Origin: a virus
DNA: 64,000 nt
Strand: one strand, 5' to 3'
Virus record (IMG/VR): IMGVR_UViG_3300031603_000002
Span: 1-64,000 of that record
Shown here in pieces: positions 10,500 to 18,813 of this stretch. The notes beneath the pieces were generated by a model. The model had not been told where the DNA came from. It did no database searches and saw only the letters and a list, made by a program, of their open reading frames with translations. Position numbers and translations under genes: made by a program. Each line of letters starts with the position of its first letter. Positions within the stretch are counted from its first letter, which is position 1.

Positions 10500-12251
10500 A
10501 TGTCAACAGTATATGACGAAGCATTGCTAGACGCGCAAAAAATTCGAGATGCAGCCGAACAAGCTGCACAGGCTCGAATTATGGAAACGATAACTCCACA
10601 AATCAGGGAAATGATCAACAACAGAATTTTGTTCGAACAAGACGAAACTGATGAAGACGAAACTGATGAAGATGATGAAGGCACGATGGGTGACATGGAA
10701 GACGATTACGATCTTGAATCCATGCTCAACGGAATGCCTGATGTCGGAGTTGATTTCGAAGATGCCGCATCGCAAGAGGCAGTTACACAGGCAGGTTCTG
10801 TTTCAGTTCATGCTGCAGGCGACGTGAACATTAACGTATCGGAGTCACACGACGAAATGATGCTAGGTGAAGCCGGCGCAAACGTTCTTGCGTCCCTTAT
10901 TAATAAGGACTTCGTCGCACCGCGTCGTCTCGAAGAGAAAATCGACGACCTATCGAAGCGAGTCAAGAAACTCGGCGATGTGGTGAGCGTACTTCGAGAG
11001 AGCAAATTATCAAACGTTAAAAGAAAACGATTAGAACTAGGTTTTATGTCATGTGTTAAGGACGCGGTGTCCTTGCAGAATGAAGTAAAATCGAGTGGAA
11101 CAGGTCATCGGCGCCTTCATGCAAAGCTGAATTCTACCATTAAGGAGATGAGAGAAATGTCAAGTAAATACAAAAAGAACATTTTCGACTTTCTTTTCGA
11201 GGGCGATGACGCTGAATCGAAGAAGAAAGATGCGAACGACGCCGTGAACGAGCAGGAAGAAACTGGAGAGGACGTTGAAGTTCTTGATGGTGGTCTTGAG
11301 GATTCAGGCGAAGAATTGGATTTGGATGTCGAAGAAGAAGGCGTTCCAACAGGCGACGTTGATGTCGACGCTGCAACCTCCGCACTCCAGAGCCTCGGTT
11401 CTGCTCTTGGTCTCGACCTTGAGATTGTCGGTGAGGAAGGCGGCGGCGAAGAAGACTTCGGTGGCGAAATGGATTATGAGGAAGGTGGCGAAGAAGGATT
11501 CGACGATGTTGAAGACCTGGACGTTGACCTGGAAGAATCAGCATGGTCCGGCCTGAAAGAGTCTGATGACTTGGACGAAGTCTACGAAATCGATGAGTCG
11601 GTTCTTCGTAATGAGCTTTCACGCATGCGTCGTGGTAAGCGAGCACCAGTTCGTGAGTCCGCTGCACGTAAGAAATTGCGTCGAATGGTTCGCGAAGCTG
11701 CTGAAGATGAAGCTGACCAGTTTGGTGACGGTAAGATTCTCGGTGACGTGATTGAAATCGACGAAGACACACTGATCAACGTCCTAGCGGATGAGCTCGG
11801 TACAGTCGCTGAGGGTCGCCGACCAGCGCGTCGTCAACGACGCGCACCTCGAGGTCGCCGACCAGCACCTCGTGCTCACGCACGTGCTATGAAAGAAGCA
11901 AAGACATACAAAACTGCGGCAACCAAGTTGAAGAAACAACTGGTTGAAATGAACATGTTCAACGCGAAGCTCTTGTTTGCTAACAAGTTGCTCCAGAACA
12001 AGGGACTAACCGTAAAACAACAGCGAGCAATTGTTGAGGCGATCGATAATGCCAAGACGCTCCGTGAGGCAAAACTGCTTTACAAATCACTCTCCGAGTC
12101 ACTCACTCGTAGGGGCCAAGGTGGCGAAACACTGAGTGAAGGAAAAAGGACTCTCGGGTCGTCTTCCAGATCAACCCGGTCAGGGCAACCTGCCAAAAGT
12201 GGTGTTGATGCAGGTCGATGGGCAGTCCTAGCAGGTCTTCCCGGCAAATAA
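10500..12251 (+). CDS. Prohead scaffold/core protein (gp22-like role)
   Basis: Immediately upstream of MCP; very acidic, coiled coil, many (L/V)xE sites; ends GRWAVLAGLPGK. Confidence 0.8.
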   Translation: MSTVYDEALLDAQKIRDAAEQAAQARIMETITPQIREMINNRILFEQDETDEDETDEDDEGTMGDMEDDYDLESMLNGMPDVGVDFEDAASQEAVTQAGSVSVHAAGDVNINVSESHDEMMLGEAGANVLASLINKDFVAPRRLEEKIDDLSKRVKKLGDVVSVLRESKLSNVKRKRLELGFMSCVKDAVSLQNEVKSSGTGHRRLHAKLNSTIKEMREMSSKYKKNIFDFLFEGDDAESKKKDANDAVNEQEETGEDVEVLDGGLEDSGEELDLDVEEEGVPTGDVDVDAATSALQSLGSALGLDLEIVGEEGGGEEDFGGEMDYEEGGEEGFDDVEDLDVDLEESAWSGLKESDDLDEVYEIDESVLRNELSRMRRGKRAPVRESAARKKLRRMVREAAEDEADQFGDGKILGDVIEIDEDTLINVLADELGTVAEGRRPARRQRRAPRGRRPAPRAHARAMKEAKTYKTAATKLKKQLVEMNMFNAKLLFANKLLQNKGLTVKQQRAIVEAIDNAKTLREAKLLYKSLSESLTRRGQGGETLSEGKRTLGSSSRSTRSGQPAKSGVDAGRWAVLAGLPGK

Positions 12252-12275
12252 TTTTGCCGAAGTCCATAGACAACA

Positions 12276-12282
12276 ATACTTA
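12276..12282 (+). promoter_or_regulatory. Putative late promoter motif ATA(C/T)TTA (representative copy before MCP)
   Basis: Same 7-mer lies in 16 gene-upstream positions (listed in findings). Confidence 0.7.
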
Positions 12283-12302
12283 AGTTCAAAGGAGAACATA
12301 TA

Positions 12303-14189
12303 ATGTCTACATTTAATCTAGAAATGCTAACCGAGGGGATTCAAAAACGTCACGTCGGAGCACAAAACAAACTACTCATCGAGAAGTGGAACCGTACTGG
12401 TCTTCTTCGCGGGCTTGGCGGCACGAAACGAGAGAACATGGCACGCTTGCTCGAAAGTCAGGCTGGCCAGGTAATCAGGGAGGCATCGTCAATTTCGACT
12501 GGCGGCGCAAACGGAACTTCGTCAGGTGACCTTCGTGGTTTTACAAACATCGCATTCCCATTGGTTCGCCGAGTCTTCGGTGGATTGATTGCGAACGACC
12601 TTGTTTCGATTCAGCCAATGAGCCTTCCTTCCGGACTGCTCTTCTACATGGACTACACTTACGGTGGAGACATGGCGGGTAACGTCGGAGCTGCGGTGCC
12701 TTACGCATCAGGTTCGTCAATCTACAACAGCCCAACCGGCAAAGGCATTCAGTCTGGTTCGCAGGGTGTCGGTGGTCAGTACGACCTAGCCGGTTCAGGT
12801 TTCTCACGTGTGTACGGTGTAACAGCCGCAACAACGTTGCTAACCTCGGGCGCTTTCGGCAGCGGAAACACATTTGTTGTTTCCAAGGCCCTGGCTGCAA
12901 CCGGTTCCGACGGTAAACTGCTACAGTACGATCCGCAGATCACAAACGCAATTGAGAACAACGCCGCTGGACCAGGCGAGAAGGTTGGTAACGGTGTATA
13001 CTCGGCGGTCGTGGTTTCGTTGGCTTCAGGCGGCACACTCTTTGGTGATGCTGACCTTACGTTGTCTAAGGACTTCTCGATGGGGCCAACCAACCCATAC
13101 AAGATTGTTGGTAACGACACCAATGGTAACGCAATCCAGGGTGGTAGCACAGCTAACATTCGTCGATTGAACCAGATGGGTGTGTGGGATGGTAACACAT
13201 TCACGCCTAACGGGCTCGTAAGAGCTGGTGAAGCTGGCGCTGCACTCTTGATGATCGTTTCTGGTGCAAACGTGGCTACTGTCGCGGCGGCATCTGTTAT
13301 ACTTGCTAAGCCATTGGCTGCAGCACTTGATTCGGCAGCGAACACAGGCGACACCTTGGTGATTCCTTCGTTCGAGTCTGATTTCGGAGTCAACCCTTCA
13401 CCGGCAATCCCTGAAATCGACATCAAGATCGAGTCAATCGCTGTTGTTGCTGAAACTCGTAAGTTGCGTGCACGCTGGTCGCCAGAAATGGCACAGGACC
13501 TGAATGCTTACCACAGCCTTGACGCTGAGGTTGAGTTGACACACATCCTGTCCGAGCAGATCGCAATGGAGCTTGACCGAGAAATCTTGAATGACTTGCT
13601 GACACAGGCTGGAGCCGCGCGCTTCTACTGGTCACGTAGTCCAGGCAAGTTCCTCAACAAGCAGACTGGTCAAGAGGTCAACCGTACAAACTCACTGACT
13701 CCTGGTCCGGCATTCACCGGTACAGTACGAGAGTGGTACGAGACTCTTATCGAGACCATCATCGATGTTGCTAACGAGATCCATCGTAAGACACTTCGTG
13801 GTTCGGCTAACTTCATCGTTGTCGGCCCGGATGTTGCAACAATCTTCGAGTCTTCAATCCTGTACAAGCCAAGCTTCTCGCTTGACGCTGACGGACAGGT
13901 TGGCCCGATGGTTATCGGTGCTGAGAAGGTTGGTACCCTGTCGAATCGCTTCTCGGTTTACAAGGACCCTTACTTCCCACGCAACCAGATTCTGGTTGGA
14001 TACAAGGGCGGAAGCTACCTGGAGACAGGATACGTCTACGCTCCTTACGTCCCGTTGATCGTGACTCCTACCATCTTCGCACCCGAAGACTTCACACCTC
14101 GAAAGGGCGTGATGACTCGGTACGGTAAGAAAATGGTGAGAAATGACTTTTATGGCACGGTAACTTGCCTTGACATGAATGTGATATAG
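12303..14189 (+). CDS. Major capsid protein (T4 gp23-like)
   Basis: FPLVRRVF, VSIQPMSLP, ETRKLRARWSPEMAQDLNAYH, YAPYVPL, PRKGVMTRYG. Confidence 0.97.
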   Translation: MSTFNLEMLTEGIQKRHVGAQNKLLIEKWNRTGLLRGLGGTKRENMARLLESQAGQVIREASSISTGGANGTSSGDLRGFTNIAFPLVRRVFGGLIANDLVSIQPMSLPSGLLFYMDYTYGGDMAGNVGAAVPYASGSSIYNSPTGKGIQSGSQGVGGQYDLAGSGFSRVYGVTAATTLLTSGAFGSGNTFVVSKALAATGSDGKLLQYDPQITNAIENNAAGPGEKVGNGVYSAVVVSLASGGTLFGDADLTLSKDFSMGPTNPYKIVGNDTNGNAIQGGSTANIRRLNQMGVWDGNTFTPNGLVRAGEAGAALLMIVSGANVATVAAASVILAKPLAAALDSAANTGDTLVIPSFESDFGVNPSPAIPEIDIKIESIAVVAETRKLRARWSPEMAQDLNAYHSLDAEVELTHILSEQIAMELDREILNDLLTQAGAARFYWSRSPGKFLNKQTGQEVNRTNSLTPGPAFTGTVREWYETLIETIIDVANEIHRKTLRGSANFIVVGPDVATIFESSILYKPSFSLDADGQVGPMVIGAEKVGTLSNRFSVYKDPYFPRNQILVGYKGGSYLETGYVYAPYVPLIVTPTIFAPEDFTPRKGVMTRYGKKMVRNDFYGTVTCLDMNVI

Positions 14190-14224
14190 TTGAATGTCAT
14201 CTAACTTCGGTTAGGTAAGTTCTT

Positions 14225-14258
14225 GAAGGGGTCCCCGGAGCAATCCGGGGGCCTTTTC
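14225..14258 (+). terminator. Rho-independent terminator after MCP
   Basis: GAAGGGGTCCCCGGA-GCAA-TCCGGGGGCCTTTTC hairpin; preceded by a cUUCGg hairpin at 14199-14216. Confidence 0.85.
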
Positions 14259-14276
14259 TATTTAAGTCACATTCAA

Positions 14277-14305
14277 ATGTACATTAGAGCACGTTCAACT
14301 ATAAT
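14277..14305 (+). promoter_or_regulatory. Sigma70-like promoter for endonuclease 1
   Basis: ATGTAC-17 bp-TATAAT, then GGAGG RBS. Confidence 0.5.
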
Positions 14306-14323
14306 TAGATTTGGAGGTACATA

Positions 14324-15109
14324 ATGAGATCTTGCAAAATATGTGGAAAGGAATTTACTAGACTAGCTGCTCATGTCAATCGTTCACATAATGTTGGCTA
14401 TGAAGGATATATGTTGGAATTTGAATATAACGGAATCAATCCAAAATGCAAATGTGGTTGTGGCAACAACACTCCGTTTACACGCTCACATGGGATGGGA
14501 TTTTTAAGCTATATTCATGGGCACTCTGCCAGAATTGAAGGGCGACTGACTGCAGAATCTAAGCGCAAAATCGGCGAAAAGAACAGAAAAAATATGAAAC
14601 GGTATATGACGGAAAATCCTGAGCATGCAAAGAAAAAAGCAAAACAAATGTACTCGGCAATCATACCAGAGGTCCGTAAACGATCTGCGAAAACAAACGC
14701 GGAAAATTGGCAGAAACCGCATATGGCAGAGAAGCGAAAGGAAGCGACAATCCGTGCAATCGAACTCAGCGAGCAAGGCATCATCGGGCCGCAGGCGCCA
14801 TTCAAGACCGAGTGGAAGTTCAACCCGTTCACACAACAAAATGAGTATATGCATTCCGGCTGGGAGTCGCGGTTTCTAGACGAGTGTATCGAACAGGATG
14901 AATCAGTCACTAAAAAGCACGAAATCCGCATCCCATACAATGACCCAAACGGTGTCGAGAGAACCTACGTACCAGACTTCCTGTCAATCTCAGGCTCAAC
15001 ACTCTACGAAGTCAAGGGCCAGGAAAATGACACCGACCCGCTAAAATACCAAGCCGCCATAAGCTGGTGCTCCCAGAACGACAAGAAATTCTGCGTCATC
15101 CGGTTCTAA
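14324..15109 (+). CDS. Free-standing homing endonuclease-like protein (Zn finger, NUMOD-like linker, TnsA-like PD-(D/E)xK)
   Basis: CKIC..H...H, CKCGCG, SGWESRF, RTYVPDFL, LYEVKG. Confidence 0.75.
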   Translation: MRSCKICGKEFTRLAAHVNRSHNVGYEGYMLEFEYNGINPKCKCGCGNNTPFTRSHGMGFLSYIHGHSARIEGRLTAESKRKIGEKNRKNMKRYMTENPEHAKKKAKQMYSAIIPEVRKRSAKTNAENWQKPHMAEKRKEATIRAIELSEQGIIGPQAPFKTEWKFNPFTQQNEYMHSGWESRFLDECIEQDESVTKKHEIRIPYNDPNGVERTYVPDFLSISGSTLYEVKGQENDTDPLKYQAAISWCSQNDKKFCVIRF

Positions 15110-15115
15110 CAGATA
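15088..15115 (+). repeat. 28-bp direct repeat, copy 1
   Basis: ATTCTGCGTCATCCGGTTCTAACAGATA, identical to 15762-15789. Confidence 0.95.
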
Positions 15116-15144
15116 CCTAGTCTATACAAAGGACTGATAACAGA

Positions 15145-15762
15145 ATGAAAAACAGCCAAACATTGACACGATTCATCAACGAAACCCTTGAATCAGACGA
15201 TTATCGTGGAAGTCACCAGGCAGCAGACAGGGAAGGTGGCTGTCCGATGACAGACGTCACTAAAAATGACATTTATCCAGATGATTTCTACACATCAGTC
15301 GGCTCAACATATTACGGTGATGGCCGACGCACAGACTATCAAGTCTGGGCAATGATAAAACGTGTGCACAACAAAAAATGGGCGCAAGTCAAAGTTTATC
15401 GAGCTGTCCCGCATAAGCCGACAAATGATGAAAGAATTTCACAAATAGAAAAAGAGCAAGCAGAAATGCTAAAAACAGGCAAGCTTCCAATGCTTGCTGT
15501 AACTCCACTAAGTCAAAGCCAGTATTACAACAAAAACTACAATGAGTTAGAAACCCTGTTGAAGCAAGATGCTGATGAACCACCCCGCCCGAAACTAAAA
15601 ATAAATCCAGGCGATTGGGTCACGATTTTTAGGCCGTACGCATCAGAACACGGTCGTGCTTCGCTAAACAACGAATACAAAATATTGAGCAAGACAGTTT
15701 TTGCCCGGGACCTGTATACAGAAGGCAACAGCATGTACGAATGGGGCTGGGACCCGGATTGA
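15145..15762 (+). CDS. Putative ADP-ribosyltransferase-fold protein with leader-like N-terminus
   Basis: LTRFINE leader; VKVYRAVP, GDWVT, YEWG resemble the R..S/T..E ART pattern. Confidence 0.5.
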   Translation: MKNSQTLTRFINETLESDDYRGSHQAADREGGCPMTDVTKNDIYPDDFYTSVGSTYYGDGRRTDYQVWAMIKRVHNKKWAQVKVYRAVPHKPTNDERISQIEKEQAEMLKTGKLPMLAVTPLSQSQYYNKNYNELETLLKQDADEPPRPKLKINPGDWVTIFRPYASEHGRASLNNEYKILSKTVFARDLYTEGNSMYEWGWDPD

Positions 15763-15789
15763 TTCTGCGTCATCCGGTTCTAACAGATA
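15762..15789 (+). repeat. 28-bp direct repeat, copy 2
   Basis: Identical to 15088-15115. Confidence 0.95.
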
Positions 15790-15814
15790 TTTAGGAACAT
15801 AAGAGGCCAGTCAC

Positions 15815-16057
15815 ATGAAAATCACAAAAACACAACTCAGAAAATTGATCCGCGAACAAACTGAAGATAAGACCGATCGGGCAGAACAACTATTCAATCA
15901 ACTGGGCAAAGATGCACAAAAAGCGATAGAAAGTTTGCTGGGAAAGAAAGAGTTTTGCCAGGCAGTTGCGAAAGAGATTGAGCTCCACGGCGACCAAGCC
16001 GCGAAGCTGTCTGTAATTAGGGCAATTGCTTTGACACTAATAGGAAGGGCGCAATGA
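15815..16057 (+). CDS. MKIT-leader small protein
   Basis: MKITKTQLRKLIREQ; ATATTTA at 15787. Confidence 0.75.
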   Translation: MKITKTQLRKLIREQTEDKTDRAEQLFNQLGKDAQKAIESLLGKKEFCQAVAKEIELHGDQAAKLSVIRAIALTLIGRAQ

Positions 16058-16176
16058 AAATCACAGAATCACAACTTAGAAATATGGTCAAAGAACAGTC
16101 ACGACGCCCTCGCGTTGAAGTGAAACCCCAGCTTAACGACTACGATGAGCCTCTTCGTGGGTTACAAGCCGCATAA
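16054..16176 (+). CDS. MKIT-leader 40-aa ORF (below track cutoff), possibly frameshifted into 16145-16378
   Basis: Translated by hand: MKITESQLRNMVKEQSRRPRVEVKPQLNDYDEPLRGLQAA*; ATGA overlap with the previous stop. Confidence 0.65.
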   Translation: MKITESQLRNMVKEQSRRPRVEVKPQLNDYDEPLRGLQAA

Positions 16177-16378
16177 GTCGTATGTAAGGGTTTCACCGCC
16201 AGCACGTTTCCCATCAGAAGATTATGCAGCAGAAAGTTTGACGAATAGCGACTTCACCGTAGGCGGCACCCCGGGAACTCGTGAAGAATTCATCCAGTTC
16301 ATGGCGGCAAATGCTGGTAAGGGAATGCTAAACAAACGAGCTCCCAGGAAATACACCAACTTAGATTTCGTAACATAA
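16145..16378 (+). CDS. Hypothetical; possible 3' half of the 16054 gene
   Basis: Overlaps the 16054 ORF in +1 frame; no clear RBS. Confidence 0.4.
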   Translation: MSLFVGYKPHKSYVRVSPPARFPSEDYAAESLTNSDFTVGGTPGTREEFIQFMAANAGKGMLNKRAPRKYTNLDFVT

Positions 16379-16419
16379 TACATCTGGCTCATTCATCGTA
16401 TAATCTCTAAACGGAGGTT

Positions 16420-17124
16420 GTGATGAGCAAACCCATGTTTTTGTTGACGCTTCGCGTTGTAGGTACGGACATTGCGTACTCAACGAAGTTGCGCCCAGTG
16501 ATTAGCAATGTCAAAGCAATCGCTGAAGAAATCCGCAATATTGATTTGGAAAGATTCGTTCAAGGTGCATTGGACCACGGCGGTGGTGCCGATGAATGCG
16601 TCAAAGAATGGAACGCACAATACGCAAAAGTTTTCGGTGGCAACAATCACTGGCCAGTGGGCCATTCCTGGCCGTCACCAGATCGCGGTGATGTTGCTCA
16701 GCAGCGCGCAGAAATGTATGCTAACGAACTGACATACAAGTATGCAAAAGTATCAGGTGCTGAGAATTGGTTCGTCGTATCGACGTATATCGAGCCGTAT
16801 GCGCTGAATCCGGACTGGACAAGACGTGACTTATATGAATATGGCCACATTTTAGGTTGCGGATACAAAACTCGTGATGAAGCCTGGGAAGCCATGAAGT
16901 ATGGTAAACTCGGTGCCCCCGGTACAATCATAGAAAGAAAGGACTTGAAAGCATACACGGAATGCAAAACGCAACAAGAGTACCATAACCTGTTATGCAC
17001 GAAATTTGAAATCCCAGCGATTCCAATTGAAGAGGGTGCAGACGAGCTCATCGACAACATGATGAAGCGCCTCGGGATGAACAAGATAGAATACATAGAC
17101 GAAGACGTAGAGGAAGAAAAATGA
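16420..17124 (+). CDS. Hypothetical protein
   Basis: TATAAT at 16399-16404, GGAGG RBS. Confidence 0.65.
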   Translation: MMSKPMFLLTLRVVGTDIAYSTKLRPVISNVKAIAEEIRNIDLERFVQGALDHGGGADECVKEWNAQYAKVFGGNNHWPVGHSWPSPDRGDVAQQRAEMYANELTYKYAKVSGAENWFVVSTYIEPYALNPDWTRRDLYEYGHILGCGYKTRDEAWEAMKYGKLGAPGTIIERKDLKAYTECKTQQEYHNLLCTKFEIPAIPIEEGADELIDNMMKRLGMNKIEYIDEDVEEEK

Positions 17125-17510
17125 CACCACGAGATTTTGCATACTGGCTACAAGGCTTCTTTGAGGTTGCCGACACAGACGATGTCAAGCCTGAACAGAT
17201 AAGAATGATAAAGGAACATCTATCATTGGTGCTTACAAAAGTAACGCCGACGATGGAGGAACTCAAAGAAGAACCCAAGGTTGATTATCCGCCATTTAGG
17301 ATTTCACAGGATCCGTTTGAGGGCAACCGCTTGATTTGCTCTGCAGTCGCCGACGTAAAATCGACAACAGGACTTCCCACGGAATGGGTTGCTGCATTTC
17401 CATGGGTGAAGACAGATTCTGGCGGAAATGTGGTGAGCAACATGCAACCCTCTTCGCCAATCGGGAAATACGCCGTCGACACAGGAATAAAATGTCAACT
17501 AACATGCTAA
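17121..17510 (+). CDS. Hypothetical phage protein (MTPRDFAYWLQGFFE N-terminus)
   Basis: ATGA overlap with upstream gene; motif familiar from phage ORFs. Confidence 0.6.
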   Translation: MTPRDFAYWLQGFFEVADTDDVKPEQIRMIKEHLSLVLTKVTPTMEELKEEPKVDYPPFRISQDPFEGNRLICSAVADVKSTTGLPTEWVAAFPWVKTDSGGNVVSNMQPSSPIGKYAVDTGIKCQLTC

Positions 17511-18181
17511 ATGAAGATAACAAGGATGATGTTACGGTGACGCAAGAGGTGTTAAGTAAGAAACATCAGCACCTAATCAGCAAATGGAGCCGCACGCAAA
17601 TCCTGGATAATTTGTCCCAGGAAAAAGCCCTCAATTACGCAATCCTTTTTGAGAACCAATCGAATCTTATTATGGGACAGGTTGCTGACATGCACTCGAG
17701 GCATCGATCCTGCCCACGCTGGTGGACACAGGAAGCGTTTGATTTGGCACAACAGAATGTTTTCCAATTGATTAGACGAGTTTTTGACGGTGTCGATTTT
17801 GAATGGAAAGCAATGGAGACTCCGTATAATGAAGCTGCCGGTTGCGCCGAGACATCAAAACTAAGGACGAGGTTCTCTGTGTACGATTATGAACTCGCGG
17901 TGGCAAACGAAAAATTCAGTCGTATGGACGGTCACTTGATTTGGTTTATAAACATGGCTGATCAGTTCGTCGAAGAATTCAATCACATTGTACTTCAGGA
18001 TAAAACGACGCTCGCGACCTATAAGAACTACGACGGCCCAGTAATAAGGCATATTCATACACCATTTCAGGCCGGAAGCATTTCTTATTCGGATTTCTTC
18101 CCACCGGAAAAACGAAACAAAATCTACGGCACCATGTGGCGAGGAATCACAGCTCCTGCAAAAAAAGTTGAGCTCGTGTAA
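17492..18181 (+). CDS. Truncated, diverged MCP paralogue (N-arm/P-domain core)
   Basis: LISKWSRTQIL, FQLIRRVFDG, AETSKLRTRFS, GTMWRG align in order to MCP motifs. Confidence 0.75.
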   Translation: MSTNMLNEDNKDDVTVTQEVLSKKHQHLISKWSRTQILDNLSQEKALNYAILFENQSNLIMGQVADMHSRHRSCPRWWTQEAFDLAQQNVFQLIRRVFDGVDFEWKAMETPYNEAAGCAETSKLRTRFSVYDYELAVANEKFSRMDGHLIWFINMADQFVEEFNHIVLQDKTTLATYKNYDGPVIRHIHTPFQAGSISYSDFFPPEKRNKIYGTMWRGITAPAKKVELV

Positions 18182-18330
18182 GTTTCGTGCTGGTATGATA
18201 AAATATACTCATAAAGCACCCGTCATGATATTTATGATCACGGCAGGTTGGTCACGCGACAATATCTTGTGCTCTGCTTAGGTAACCTACCAACGACGTG
18301 TTTAGAGCGTACAGAAGAGGACACAGGTAC

Positions 18331-18813
18331 ATGAAAATCACAAAAAGAAGCCTAGCGAGGCTTGTTACAGAAGCCAAACGCTTAAATGAAACATCTGATG
18401 GTTCAGAATACCGATATTGGATGTCATCAAAGGTTTGGGGGCTCGATACACTAAAAGAACTTCCAAGTCGACAGGCATCACGAGCCCGCGAAACATTTCC
18501 GGAATATTCCGCGTGGGATCTTTATGATAATGAGAATATACCCGACGATCTTGTAACAAATTTCACAGGCCGGCAACCTTTACCGAGTGTATTCATTATT
18601 TCCGGGAGGAACATTGATATTCTTGTTGACACATCAGGATTTGATTACGCTCGATATTCAGCGAAGATTGGTGATGGCTCCCTGGCAGATGACGATGTGA
18701 CTGATTCAGATGAATATATAACAGGTCGTGAAGATGCCCAGTATGGCGAGCCCCGCGATACATATGCAGGCCCGAGATACCAGTTAGCGTACGACACGTA
18801 CGAGGGCAAATAA
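18331..18813 (+). CDS. MKIT-leader protein
   Basis: MKITKRSLARLVTEAKRLNE; ATATTTA at 18228. Confidence 0.7.
   Translation: MKITKRSLARLVTEAKRLNETSDGSEYRYWMSSKVWGLDTLKELPSRQASRARETFPEYSAWDLYDNENIPDDLVTNFTGRQPLPSVFIISGRNIDILVDTSGFDYARYSAKIGDGSLADDDVTDSDEYITGREDAQYGEPRDTYAGPRYQLAYDTYEGK

Noticed and set aside
10641-11870. Short repeats in the scaffold gene (GACGAAACTGATGAA x2; GGTCGCCGACCAGC x2)
   Set aside because: In-frame low-complexity coding duplications.
15088-15789. 28-bp repeats as a mini-CRISPR
   Set aside because: Only two copies, 674 bp apart, enclosing a whole gene.
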